The notes below the pieces were generated by a model, which saw only the letters and a list, made by a program, of their open reading frames with translations, did not search any database and had not been told where the DNA came from. A DNA stretch of 36,237 bases from Planctomycetota bacterium (lineage in GTDB: Bacteria; Planctomycetota; GCA-002687715; DRQF01), in assembly GCA_027001995.1 (NCBI GenBank), contig JALTLO010000084.1, positions 23,299 to 59,535 of the forward strand, written 5' to 3'. Below are positions 1-8,007 of the stretch, piece after piece (the stretch's first letter is position 1; every line of letters starts with the position of its first letter). Both the position numbers and the translations under genes were made by a program.

Positions 1-1887
1 ACGAAATACCACGACAGCCTGCGGCATGACTCCGTCATCGAGGCGCTGAAAGGCCATGTCCCAGCCGCTATGCTCAAGAGCCTCAGATTTCTCCTCGGTG
101 GACTCGGCGACGGGGCCGGAATCCCGAACGGCTGCCCCATTGCTGCCATCTGCGGAAACGCCGTCCTGGATCACCACGTCCTCCGCTGCGTCGAAATCCC
201 TACGGACACGACGTTAACTATCTTCATCGACGACATGGTGGTGGTCGGCCGTAGCGTCGGATCGGTGGCTCGAGCCACGCGAGAGATCCGCGCCGCTCTC
301 CGTCATGTCAGCCTTGAACCCCATCCAAAGAAATCGGACGCTGCTCCCCGGAGTGGGCCGCTCGAATTCCTGGGTCTCCTCATTGACGAGGAGAAGATCT
401 CTGTTCCGGCAAAGGTGGTCTCACGACTCCGATGCCTCGTCCCGACCATGAGTACTTGCCGTCAATTCGGCCTACTCTCGCACTACCGTCACTGTCTCAC
501 GTTCTTGGAGTTCCAGGAAATCCTCAAAAGGTTTCCATGGAATATGGATCTTACTGAGTCCATGAATCAGGATGTAGGTAAAGTTGGTTCTGTGAATATA
601 GTAGGTGGAGTGGATAGGTCAAGGATCTCAAGTGCTCCATTGTCATCAGTACACTATTCCTCATTTGGGTGCCACCAAGACGCCCGGTGCGTCCCCAAGC
701 GGGACGAATCGGCCCGGCATGTCGGAAATCCCGATGTGCCGCACCCCCGTAAGGGTTGTACAGGAGTCCCATCAGGTGCGAGTATCGATCCGGGCCCAGA
801 ATTCCCGTTCTCAACGACCATATCGAGCGATCAGAATTTCACCGACGCCGCCTCTGTCCTTCTCCGACTCATCCGCGAACGGCATCAGCCGCCGCCGGCG
901 CGTCCTGAAGAGATTCATCCCGTCGCCCTTGTTTCTGCTCGACATGAGGGGCACGTTGATCGAGACAGCGTAAGTGGCGGGCTGTGGTTGAGGTCTACGA
1001 GTCGCTCGAACAAAGCACGGCCAGCGCTCGCCTTCACGGATCTCGAACTGGACTTCGACCCAGTCATCTCCGGTGCCTGTCCGAACGCGCGAGCTCTCGG
1101 ACTCGAGAGCCCGGAGTTCCTTACTCTTCAACCGGAGGACGCCCTGACCGAACCAGAACTTGAAGTACGCGCCGCCCTGTCGAAATTCGAGCAGGCGGCG
1201 ATCTTCCTTGCGCGCGAGCCCTACCTTTTCCAGCGACAGCTCCTTCGGGACTTGAAGCACGAGTATGGAATTGAGCGAAGCTCCGATGTCCCCGCACTGA
1301 CCTCCCGGCAAGTTCGGCGGGCCTTGGATCACGCGCGGATGCCCGAGTTGCATTCCTCGCACGATTCCGTGTGCGACGGCTTCCTCATCGACGCCCCCAC
1401 AGATCGATGGTCGCCGAAGACGATAACCGCGCTACCATGCCAATTCTATCCGTGTATCCCGGGAGGTGACTCAGAGGAATGGCGTGGCTTCCTGCGCAAC
1501 ATCGAAGCCGGCTTCCATGAGGTCGTCGCACTCGATCTCTCGGTTCCAGACGGCCGCTTGATTCGGGAGACCCGTTATTCCCGCCGGGACGTTCTCCGGG
1601 AGGCTCAGTCTGCCATCATGGCTCGTCGCCGCAAAGGGCACCCCGACCCTCATCTCTACATCCTGACCGATCAGGTGCGATATCCGAGTGAGGGAAATAG
1701 CTGGAACGACGGCCCCTCGGACGCCCCCTACTTGAAGTCGCTCGGAGGTGAGTTCCTCTACCGATCGAACGACAAATGGGGGTGGTGGCCTGAGTCGACG
1801 GTTACAGCGGCCAGCGGTACGCTCGCATCGCTCGTCGACACTCCTACACTGATTGACGAACCGCCAGTGCCGCTCGCGCAAGCGTAA
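1..1887 (+). CDS. Reverse transcriptase-like protein, 5'-truncated by the window edge, with a long C-terminal extension of unknown function
   Basis: Frame 1 is open from base 1 (TKYHDSLRHD..., resembling the RT motif DxxxFFDxIxH). It continues with GIPNGCPIAAICGN (cf. GxPQGxxLSPxLAN), TIFIDDMVVV (cf. YADD), LEPHPKKS (cf. LxlnxxKT), LEFLGLLI (cf. FLG) and thumb-like GLLSHYRHC. Motif order and spacing match bacterial RTs. Confidence 0.85.
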   Translation, partial: TKYHDSLRHDSVIEALKGHVPAAMLKSLRFLLGGLGDGAGIPNGCPIAAICGNAVLDHHVLRCVEIPTDTTLTIFIDDMVVVGRSVGSVARATREIRAALRHVSLEPHPKKSDAAPRSGPLEFLGLLIDEEKISVPAKVVSRLRCLVPTMSTCRQFGLLSHYRHCLTFLEFQEILKRFPWNMDLTESMNQDVGKVGSVNIVGGVDRSRISSAPLSSVHYSSFGCHQDARCVPKRDESARHVGNPDVPHPRKGCTGVPSGASIDPGPEFPFSTTISSDQNFTDAASVLLRLIRERHQPPPARPEEIHPVALVSARHEGHVDRDSVSGGLWLRSTSRSNKARPALAFTDLELDFDPVISGACPNARALGLESPEFLTLQPEDALTEPELEVRAALSKFEQAAIFLAREPYLFQRQLLRDLKHEYGIERSSDVPALTSRQVRRALDHARMPELHSSHDSVCDGFLIDAPTDRWSPKTITALPCQFYPCIPGGDSEEWRGFLRNIEAGFHEVVALDLSVPDGRLIRETRYSRRDVLREAQSAIMARRRKGHPDPHLYILTDQVRYPSEGNSWNDGPSDAPYLKSLGGEFLYRSNDKWGWWPESTVTAASGTLASLVDTPTLIDEPPVPLAQA

Positions 1888-1922
1888 TAGCGCACGCAGT
1901 GTGATGGAGCCGAGTTACGACG

Positions 1923-2324
1923 ATGTCGGTAGCGAGCAAAAAGTGTATATCAAGGAAACGGAACGGTCAGCCGTGTACGAACTGGGCGCTGCACGAGAAG
2001 AATCAGTGTTGGGTCCACTCTGATGACAACGACGAGGAACGCCGCAGAGCATGCAGGAAAGGTGCTCAGGTTGCGAACGCTGTACGTGGCGCGAGGCTCT
2101 CCAAGGAAATCCCCATTGATCTGAACTCGATCGCGGCACTCGTCAAGACCGTGGAATTCGTGCTACGAGAGACGATCGCCGAGCGGCTGGACCCCAAGAT
2201 CGCCACCGTCACGGCCGCACTCGTCCGCGTCCAGGCATCGCTCTTGCTCGATCATGATCTCGAGCGCCGGCTCGAGAAGCTTGAGACCGCAATGGAGAAG
2301 GATGAAGCTCATGCCCCGGCGTGA
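1923..2324 (+). CDS. Cys/His zinc-knuckle (HGGxSTG-like) protein with coiled-coil C-terminus; resembles phage/satellite small-terminase-region proteins
   Basis: CISRKRNGQPCTNWALHEKNQCWVH matches the C-x6-GxPC-x10-C-x2-H pattern; C-terminal LERRLEKLE; GGAG upstream. Confidence 0.6.
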   Translation: MSVASKKCISRKRNGQPCTNWALHEKNQCWVHSDDNDEERRRACRKGAQVANAVRGARLSKEIPIDLNSIAALVKTVEFVLRETIAERLDPKIATVTAALVRVQASLLLDHDLERRLEKLETAMEKDEAHAPA

Positions 2325-2955
2325 CCTCGACGAACGGCTCGCCGCTCTCGAAGCGCGCGTGACGCCAGCTTCCGCCCTCCGTCCGGAAGAGATCGCGGAG
2401 ATTACGGTGCGGATCCGTGCTGATGGCAAATCAGACCGAGAGGTATCGTTATCACTGAACGAGCGCGATCCCTCGCTCATGATGCGAGGGCTGATTCAGC
2501 TGGCCCAGTACTCGATCCACGACAGCCCGCTCATCCGCCTGCCGCACAAGTGGGCGGCCGGCCATCGAGACCCGCTCGTGTCGATCGTGGGTCGCCTCCA
2601 GGAATGCAGCTTCTCGGTCCTTGGGCCGGGCGGAGAGCATCACCCAGTCGGAGTCCCGGCCCGTCTCGACTGGCGCGAGCTCGATCCTCTCGTCGTGTAC
2701 TTCCTCGGACTGCTCGTCCGTCACGAGGGAGCCTGGGTGATGTACTGGTCGCGGCCCGCCGAGATTCGGGCCGAGTACGGTCTCGCTGGCTTCTACCTGG
2801 CCACCGCGACTCACCGCGCTGCCCGATTGAAGCGTGAGGACACCCCGAAGCAAGTCGCCGAGATCAGCGAAGCCATCCAGCTCCGCATCGACTGGATCAC
2901 CGCTCAGGCCGAGGAGCCCGAGCGACTACCCTGGGAAAAGGAGACCGCAATATAA
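2302..2955 (+). CDS. Hypothetical protein (start 2302 or 2311)
   Basis: Long ORF overlapping the upstream stop, GGAGAAGG RBS-like motif, N-terminal DLDERLAALEAR coiled coil, GC3-rich codons. Confidence 0.65.
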   Translation: MKLMPRRDLDERLAALEARVTPASALRPEEIAEITVRIRADGKSDREVSLSLNERDPSLMMRGLIQLAQYSIHDSPLIRLPHKWAAGHRDPLVSIVGRLQECSFSVLGPGGEHHPVGVPARLDWRELDPLVVYFLGLLVRHEGAWVMYWSRPAEIRAEYGLAGFYLATATHRAARLKREDTPKQVAEISEAIQLRIDWITAQAEEPERLPWEKETAI

Positions 2956-3239
2956 CGACCAAGAATTCCGGCCGCCGCTATTCCTATCCAATGGACCGCT
3001 GTCGCGCCCTCACAACGCGTTTCAGCCAGCCCAAGCGCGACATTGACCCATGGGAGAAACAGCTGATCTCGCTCGTCAGCGGGCTATACGATGGACGCCT
3101 GCGTTTCGGCAGAGACACGGACGAGTACTACTCCATCACTGCGCCCAAAGATGGTCGGCCCGATGACAGTCCGTCTGACACGTTACCTCACAACCATACG
3201 AGGCCGCTCGCTCCCCCGAACAAAGGAGATTGGAATTGA
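2952..3239 (+). CDS. Small hypothetical protein (ATA at 2952 or ATG at 2991)
   Basis: Fills the gap between coupled genes; its TGA overlaps the ATG of the next gene (TGATG at 3237-3241); AAGGAG at 2938-2943. Confidence 0.45.
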   Translation: MTTKNSGRRYSYPMDRCRALTTRFSQPKRDIDPWEKQLISLVSGLYDGRLRFGRDTDEYYSITAPKDGRPDDSPSDTLPHNHTRPLAPPNKGDWN

Positions 3240-3721
3240 TGTATGATCCGAACGATTTGGCGTTTCCCGAAGAACTCGCCGCATTGGAGCGGGAATTCCC
3301 CGCTGACCCCGAAGAACTCTCTCGTTTCAAACGGTCCATGCTGAAACTACGTATTCCTGCTTCAAACCGTACCGGCCAGATTCATGAGGCCTTGGAGTTC
3401 GTGCAAGCAATCCGACGTTCCCCAGACATCGTTGATGACTACGCGCGCTGGATGAGGATCTCCTACCGGACGTTAAGGTTATTCACAGAGGCTGGGTACT
3501 TCCTACCGGCCGGGCACCTTGGAGAGGCTCTTGATCCCGGTGAGGCGTTCGCCGATTTATCGGAAACGGAATTCGTGGTCCTCGCTGCGCTTAGGGAAAA
3601 TAGATGCGTCTATAGCGAGTGGAGGTCGCAGCCCCAGGACAGATCGGTCCCGGCACCAATCTGGTACGCCCAACTGGCGCGCGAGCTCGCCGTCGAGCTG
3701 AAGGCCTTGCTTCCAGCTTGA
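3239..3721 (+). CDS. Hypothetical protein
   Basis: AAAGGAG upstream of ATG 3239; 160-aa ORF; no recognised motif. Confidence 0.6.
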   Translation: MYDPNDLAFPEELAALEREFPADPEELSRFKRSMLKLRIPASNRTGQIHEALEFVQAIRRSPDIVDDYARWMRISYRTLRLFTEAGYFLPAGHLGEALDPGEAFADLSETEFVVLAALRENRCVYSEWRSQPQDRSVPAPIWYAQLARELAVELKALLPA

Positions 3722-3779
3722 GATCGCGGCGCGCTCAGCAACCAACTTTAGTTCGGCAAGTCCTGCCTCAGGTTTACGA

Positions 3780-3812
3780 ATTAAAACGAAGCCCCCACCA
3801 AAAGGGGCTTCG
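3780..3812 (-). terminator. Rho-independent terminator of the leftward operon
   Basis: 9-bp stem CGAAGCCCC (3787-3795) / GGGGCTTCG (3804-3812), followed on the minus strand by TTTTAATT; second hairpin GCCTTCG/CGAAGGC at 3812-3829. Confidence 0.75.
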
Positions 3813-3818
3813 CCTTCG

Positions 3819-3926
3819 TCAACGAAGGCTCCTCCTCACTCCAACCCACCGCACCAAAACCCCAACAACCAAGAATGCCAGCAAGTAAACGCCAGCATCT
3901 TCCGCATGCGCAAAGAACAAGTTCAT
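3819..3926 (-). CDS. 35-aa single-pass membrane peptide (below the ORF-track cutoff)
   Basis: MNLFFAHAEDAGVYLLAFLVVGVLVRWVGVRRSLR*; ATGA overlap with the ykvA stop; GAAGGAG RBS; hydrophobic core followed by a basic tail. Confidence 0.6.
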   Translation of the reverse strand: MNLFFAHAEDAGVYLLAFLVVGVLVRWVGVRRSLR

Positions 3927-4255
3927 CTCTTTTCTCCTTCTAAATAGACGTCAACGACGCCAGACAAAATCAACACGATTGCAAGAATGACCGCAAGGTC
4001 ATCAAGCAGGCCGCCAGGCAAGAAATCTGGGATGCAATCAAGTGGAATGACCAAATACAAGACCCCAGCCGTAGCCAAAGCGCGGTGGTGCCAGGACTGA
4101 GACGGATCACACATGAGTCGATAAAGAGCTCTTGCCTGATCCAACCCTGGGAAGCCCGTCAAATTCCTTGCCTTCTCCCCAAACTCCCGCTTGGCTCTTT
4201 TGAAGCGTTCATCGTTCTCGTTCTTGGGGGTAAACCCACCCAAATCAACACTCAC
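3923..4255 (-). CDS. YkvA family (DUF1232) membrane protein
   Basis: Signature LYLVIPLDCIPDFLPGGLLDDLAVI; probable GTG start at 4255 overlapping the AAA stop (GTGA). Confidence 0.85.
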   Translation of the reverse strand: MSVDLGGFTPKNENDERFKRAKREFGEKARNLTGFPGLDQARALYRLMCDPSQSWHHRALATAGVLYLVIPLDCIPDFLPGGLLDDLAVILAIVLILSGVVDVYLEGEKR

Positions 4256-5766
4256 GATAAGGGCTCCAGCTTTCGGCCTAAGCTCTTGCCAACAAGTGTG
4301 GCTGCTGGCCGCGCCCGAGTCTTCGCCCAATCACGCAAAGAAGAAATCTTCTCCCTTGCGGTCTGCGCCAACGGCACCGTTTCTTTGATGGCTTCCCCGA
4401 CATGAGAAGTCTCCAACTCTTGCCCAGACTCAAAAGCCGCGAACATCCCGGCGACAATCGCCGCTTCAATTTCTGCGCCCGAGAACTGATCGCAGGCTTT
4501 GGCCAAGGAAACCAGATCAAACAACTTGGGATCACGCCCACGCTTATTGATGTGGATCTCCAAGATCTTCTGTCGTTCAAACTTACTGGGAAGATCAACA
4601 AAGAAAGTCTCATCGAACCGGCCCTTACGAAGTAACTCTGGTGGAAGGGCTGAGACGTCATTGGCGGTAGCGATAACAAACACCGCCGCCGTCTTTTCTT
4701 CCATCCAGGAGAGCATTGAACCAAGGACGCGGGCCGAAGTGCCGCCGTCTGTCGACGATGAGGACGACGAACCAGAAAGACCCTTCTCGATCTCGTCAAT
4801 CCACAACACACACGGTGCCACGGCTTCGGCCACCTGAATCACGCGACGCAGGTTCCGTTCACTCTCCCCCACCAAGCCGCCAAAGAGTCGGCCGCAGTCC
4901 AACCGCAGCAAGGGTCTTTCCCAAGCCGCCGCCGTTGCTTTGGCACAGAGCGACTTACCGCAACCTGGCAGACCAACCATGAGCAACCCCTTGGGTGAAG
5001 GGAGCCCAAACTCTTTTGCTCGACTGCCAAACGCATCTTGGCGTTGGAGGAGCCATGACTTCAGAGCATCAAGGCCGCCAACATCATCCAAGCTTCCAGG
5101 GTTCTCATAGATCTCAAGAAGTTGGCCCTTTCTGACAGCTTCTGCCTTCTGTCGAGCTACAATGGCTGGACTGAGCCCAGCTTCTTCCACGAAGGACAAA
5201 GCCAGGGCATTTTCGGCCTCAGAAGTGGTCAATCCCATGCATGAATCGAGGAGTCGTTCCTTTTCGTCACCAACAATCATGGGGAGGTCTGCGCTTTCAA
5301 CGATGCCATCGATCACAGCACCCAAGTCAGAACGACCAGGCAATTCATGTTCAATGACGACAACTTCCCGCTCCAGCTCATCAGGGAGCCTGAGCAGAGG
5401 AGCACAGATCACCAAACATTGCTGGCGAGTCTTGAGCGTTCGAACCAAGTCCCGGATCGTTCGAGCGATCAGAGGATTGATGGGCTGAGTCTCATCACCC
5501 AAGAATGCATGAAAGTCCCGAAGCAGAACAACGGTCTTTTCTGGCATCTCTGGGATTGATGCCAAGACATCGATGGGATCCTGAAGATCTTGGGCAGCGC
5601 CAGTGCTGACATCGAGCAGCCCTTCGGTAATAGACCAGCACCGAAGCCCGTAGCCAAGTTTGTCACAGACGGCCTTAAGGTCGCTTTCAATGCGGGGTTC
5701 TTCAAAGGTGGTGATGTAGACCACCGGATAAGCGGCACAAATGTAATTCGTGAGTTTCTCTTTCAT
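4252..5766 (-). CDS. Ycf46-like AAA+ ATPase (degenerate N-terminal AAA plus intact C-terminal AAA)
   Basis: Walker A GLPGCGKS, Walker B LWIDEIEK, second region of homology LPPELLRKGRFDE, N-terminal TFEEPR/LRDFH; CAGGAG RBS. Confidence 0.9.
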   Translation of the reverse strand: MKEKLTNYICAAYPVVYITTFEEPRIESDLKAVCDKLGYGLRCWSITEGLLDVSTGAAQDLQDPIDVLASIPEMPEKTVVLLRDFHAFLGDETQPINPLIARTIRDLVRTLKTRQQCLVICAPLLRLPDELEREVVVIEHELPGRSDLGAVIDGIVESADLPMIVGDEKERLLDSCMGLTTSEAENALALSFVEEAGLSPAIVARQKAEAVRKGQLLEIYENPGSLDDVGGLDALKSWLLQRQDAFGSRAKEFGLPSPKGLLMVGLPGCGKSLCAKATAAAWERPLLRLDCGRLFGGLVGESERNLRRVIQVAEAVAPCVLWIDEIEKGLSGSSSSSSTDGGTSARVLGSMLSWMEEKTAAVFVIATANDVSALPPELLRKGRFDETFFVDLPSKFERQKILEIHINKRGRDPKLFDLVSLAKACDQFSGAEIEAAIVAGMFAAFESGQELETSHVGEAIKETVPLAQTAREKISSLRDWAKTRARPAATLVGKSLGRKLEPLS

Positions 5767-5791
5767 GGTGTTTTCTCCTGAAAAATAGACA

Positions 5792-5998
5792 GACCTTCAC
5801 CAGAACTTGCCAACGCGGTGCAACGTGCAGCGTCAATTGGAGTTAGCTCTGGTGAAGGTCATGGATTGATGGAATGGAACAATTGGGGTGCCGAGGAATT
5901 CGGCTATGCGGTGAGGCATGGACAGGTGACCTTCACCAACCTCAAGTCGTGGTGGGAAGGCATGTTAAGAGCCCAATAGGCTACTTTGGTGAAGGTCA
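5792..5998. repeat. Two stem-loop units sharing the stem GACCTTCACCA/TGGTGAAGGTC with unrelated 43- and 46-nt loops
   Basis: Perfect 13-bp inverted repeats at 5792-5804/5848-5860 and 5927-5939/5986-5998. Confidence 0.9.
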
Positions 5999-6006
5999 GG
6001 CTGGTT

Positions 6007-6228
6007 TCAGCGACCTTTTCGTCCAACATCTTGATGACGATGGACATGGTTGTGGCGCTGAAAGCCAGGCCGAATAGATTTCCGCTCAACAACCGTGCCC
6101 ATAAGTTTCTCAAGCTGGGCCAAAGCCTGCTCAATATCCTCATGGACTTCGCCGGGCACTTCGTTGGTGCGATAGGTGATCAATTCACCATCTGGCGTGA
6201 CTTCAAATTCGATTTCGACATTTTTCAT
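6007..6228 (-). CDS. DUF2997-like small protein
   Basis: MKNVEIEFEVTPDGE...LEKLMGTVVER pattern, H/Q-rich tail; TGATG coupling; typical partner of DUF1257 and Ycf46-like AAA. Confidence 0.65.
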   Translation of the reverse strand: MKNVEIEFEVTPDGELITYRTNEVPGEVHEDIEQALAQLEKLMGTVVERKSIRPGFQRHNHVHRHQDVGRKGR

Positions 6229-6542
6229 CACACCCACCTCCTTGCCTTCAGTTTGTTGCCAACTCGGCGCACATTGAACTTCTGGGCCTTGGCCCACTTG
6301 CTCAATGTCGCCAACGAGTATTCACGTTTCAGATCCACGAGGAAGGACTCAGCCCGCTCTTGGTGATAGACCGAGACTTCAGCTCTGACAGCGCCGTCAT
6401 CACCAACGCGGTAAGAAAGGCCACGATGTTGAATAACGTCACCCTCAAGCCGAGCACCCAGTTGCCCCAACACTTGATCAAGGGTGGCTTTGTCCTTCAG
6501 ACGAATAGACGTCTCAATCTTCACCTGTTGCCAACATGGCAT
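6228..6542 (-). CDS. DUF1257 (Ycf35)-like protein
   Basis: TSIRLKDKATLDQVLGQLG and LKREYSLATLSKWAKAQKFNV resemble the family pattern; coupled on both sides; position next to DUF2997/AAA. Confidence 0.6.
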   Translation of the reverse strand: MPCWQQVKIETSIRLKDKATLDQVLGQLGARLEGDVIQHRGLSYRVGDDGAVRAEVSVYHQERAESFLVDLKREYSLATLSKWAKAQKFNVRRVGNKLKARRWV

Positions 6543-7543
6543 CAGCCTGCCCTCCCAAATTTGCGACGGCCCACCTCGCCAAACCTTGAAGCCATTTCCT
6601 TTCCATCTTGGGAAGCAAGGATGGTAGCTTCGTTGCGAAGACGATTGAGCCCTTGGACCAGCCCGAAACGCGCCGAGTCGCTGTCTCGATAGTCAGCGGC
6701 ACCGGTACCAAGGAACTCTGCTCGAAACTCCTTCAGCCTTCGCTCCATCTCCGCATCGCCAACAAAGTTGAGGCTCCTGAACCGATCAACGAAGCGATCC
6801 AGCCTATTCAGGGTCTTCTGGTTCACTTTGCCCCCCTTCAGCGTCGCAAGGACGCCCTCACAGAGCTTTGCGGTCTCAACCCGGAGAGTTCTGACACTTT
6901 CCCCTACGAAGGCCTCAGCGCTTTCCTTGATGGCCTGGGCGGCTGCGTTTGCTGCACGGCTTCTGGCATTGGCTACTTCTGTGGAAAGGGCAGCATCATA
7001 GGCTGCCAGTCGGACGTCCTTGGGCGCAGAGATCTGAAACAGATGGTAGTCAAAGCCAAAGGACTGGCGAACATCGATGGGAAAGGCATCTTCGATGGTC
7101 CTGACCAAACGATCAGGATCAGAGACCAAACCCTGGGCTACCCGCCGCCATTCTGCCAGAGCATCGGCCCGGACCTGATTGTAGTTGGAAACAAAACGTT
7201 CGATTTCGCGGCCAAACTCAACCTTGAGTTCATCAAGGCGCAGGGTGAGATCGCCGATGCGATCATTGGGGACAAAGCGTGCCATCTTGAGAAATGGAAA
7301 GCTGGCGGCTTCCACCAAGGCATGTGCCCTGCCCTCGATGAGAGCAAAGGATGCCAGGGCTTCCTTGGTAACGAGACGTTTCTGACCAAGAGCAATGAGG
7401 TCGTTGTTGATGGTGTCGGGATCAAGCCCAACATCTTCAGGTTTCAGTTTCTTCCGGCCTCGCCAATAGCGGACATGGGCCGAGACAAGGACACCTTTTT
7501 GCTGGAGGGCGTCGAGGATGGGTGGATCAGTAGCTGTGATCAT
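6542..7543 (-). CDS. DUF3150-like protein
   Basis: WRGRKKLKPEDVG, LGQKRLV, ARFVP and FRSLNFVGD resemble DUF3150 of conjugative elements; helical C-terminal half; coupled start and stop. Confidence 0.75.
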   Translation of the reverse strand: MITATDPPILDALQQKGVLVSAHVRYWRGRKKLKPEDVGLDPDTINNDLIALGQKRLVTKEALASFALIEGRAHALVEAASFPFLKMARFVPNDRIGDLTLRLDELKVEFGREIERFVSNYNQVRADALAEWRRVAQGLVSDPDRLVRTIEDAFPIDVRQSFGFDYHLFQISAPKDVRLAAYDAALSTEVANARSRAANAAAQAIKESAEAFVGESVRTLRVETAKLCEGVLATLKGGKVNQKTLNRLDRFVDRFRSLNFVGDAEMERRLKEFRAEFLGTGAADYRDSDSARFGLVQGLNRLRNEATILASQDGKEMASRFGEVGRRKFGRAG

Positions 7544-7911
7544 GTAGATCTCCTTGGGTTCGGATTAGAGTTGGGGAATTGAAAGACTGGGTTTCCGGCT
7601 TTGTCTTTGAAGATAAGCTGGCCACCATCGAAGGCGCTGAGCACTGCCACGGCATTCCCGCCCTCCCAAAGCTGAAGCTCTGTTCGCATGAGAATGAGGC
7701 TGGCACCACGATCTGAATGACCAACACTCAAGCGAGGCTGGCCGTCGTCGTCTATCTCGGCACATAGCATTGGATCGCCCGTGGCGGCGAACAAGGTCAA
7801 ATTGACGCCGCCGTCGCCGGGCGGATCTGGCGAAGCTCCGCATTCAATAACGGCCCGCGTGCGTCCTTGGTCATCCTCAATGACGAGGCGATGGATTCTG
7901 AGTTCGGTCAT
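7540..7911 (-). CDS. Hypothetical beta-rich protein
   Basis: Repeated l-x-D-x-x-G-x-x hairpin-like motifs; AGGA RBS before ATG 7911; ATGA overlap with the next gene. Confidence 0.65.
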   Translation of the reverse strand: MTELRIHRLVIEDDQGRTRAVIECGASPDPPGDGGVNLTLFAATGDPMLCAEIDDDGQPRLSVGHSDRGASLILMRTELQLWEGGNAVAVLSAFDGGQLIFKDKAGNPVFQFPNSNPNPRRST

Positions 7912-8007
7912 AAATTGGTTTCCTATTTGGGGAATGAGATAGAGAAGCTGCCTCATGAGCGAATTCACAAAACAGCCTCTCGAAATTGAGAAGATGAAGA
8001 AGCAGCC

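Noticed and set aside
1..1960. Group II intron, DGR or retron assignment for the RT
   Set aside because: GAGCCG at about 1907 does not extend into a domain V hairpin; no TR/VR pair differing at adenines was seen; no SQ or VTG motif. Upstream sequence is missing, so this is not fully excluded.
5792..5998. CRISPR mini-array or integron attC interpretation of the twin stem-loops
   Set aside because: The repeats are 11-13 bp and alternate in orientation rather than being direct 25-45 bp repeats; there is no cas1/cas2 or integron integrase and no RYYYAAC...GTTRRRY ends.
6608..7582. 324-aa plus-strand ORF
   Set aside because: Antisense shadow of the DUF3150-like gene; no motif and no RBS context.
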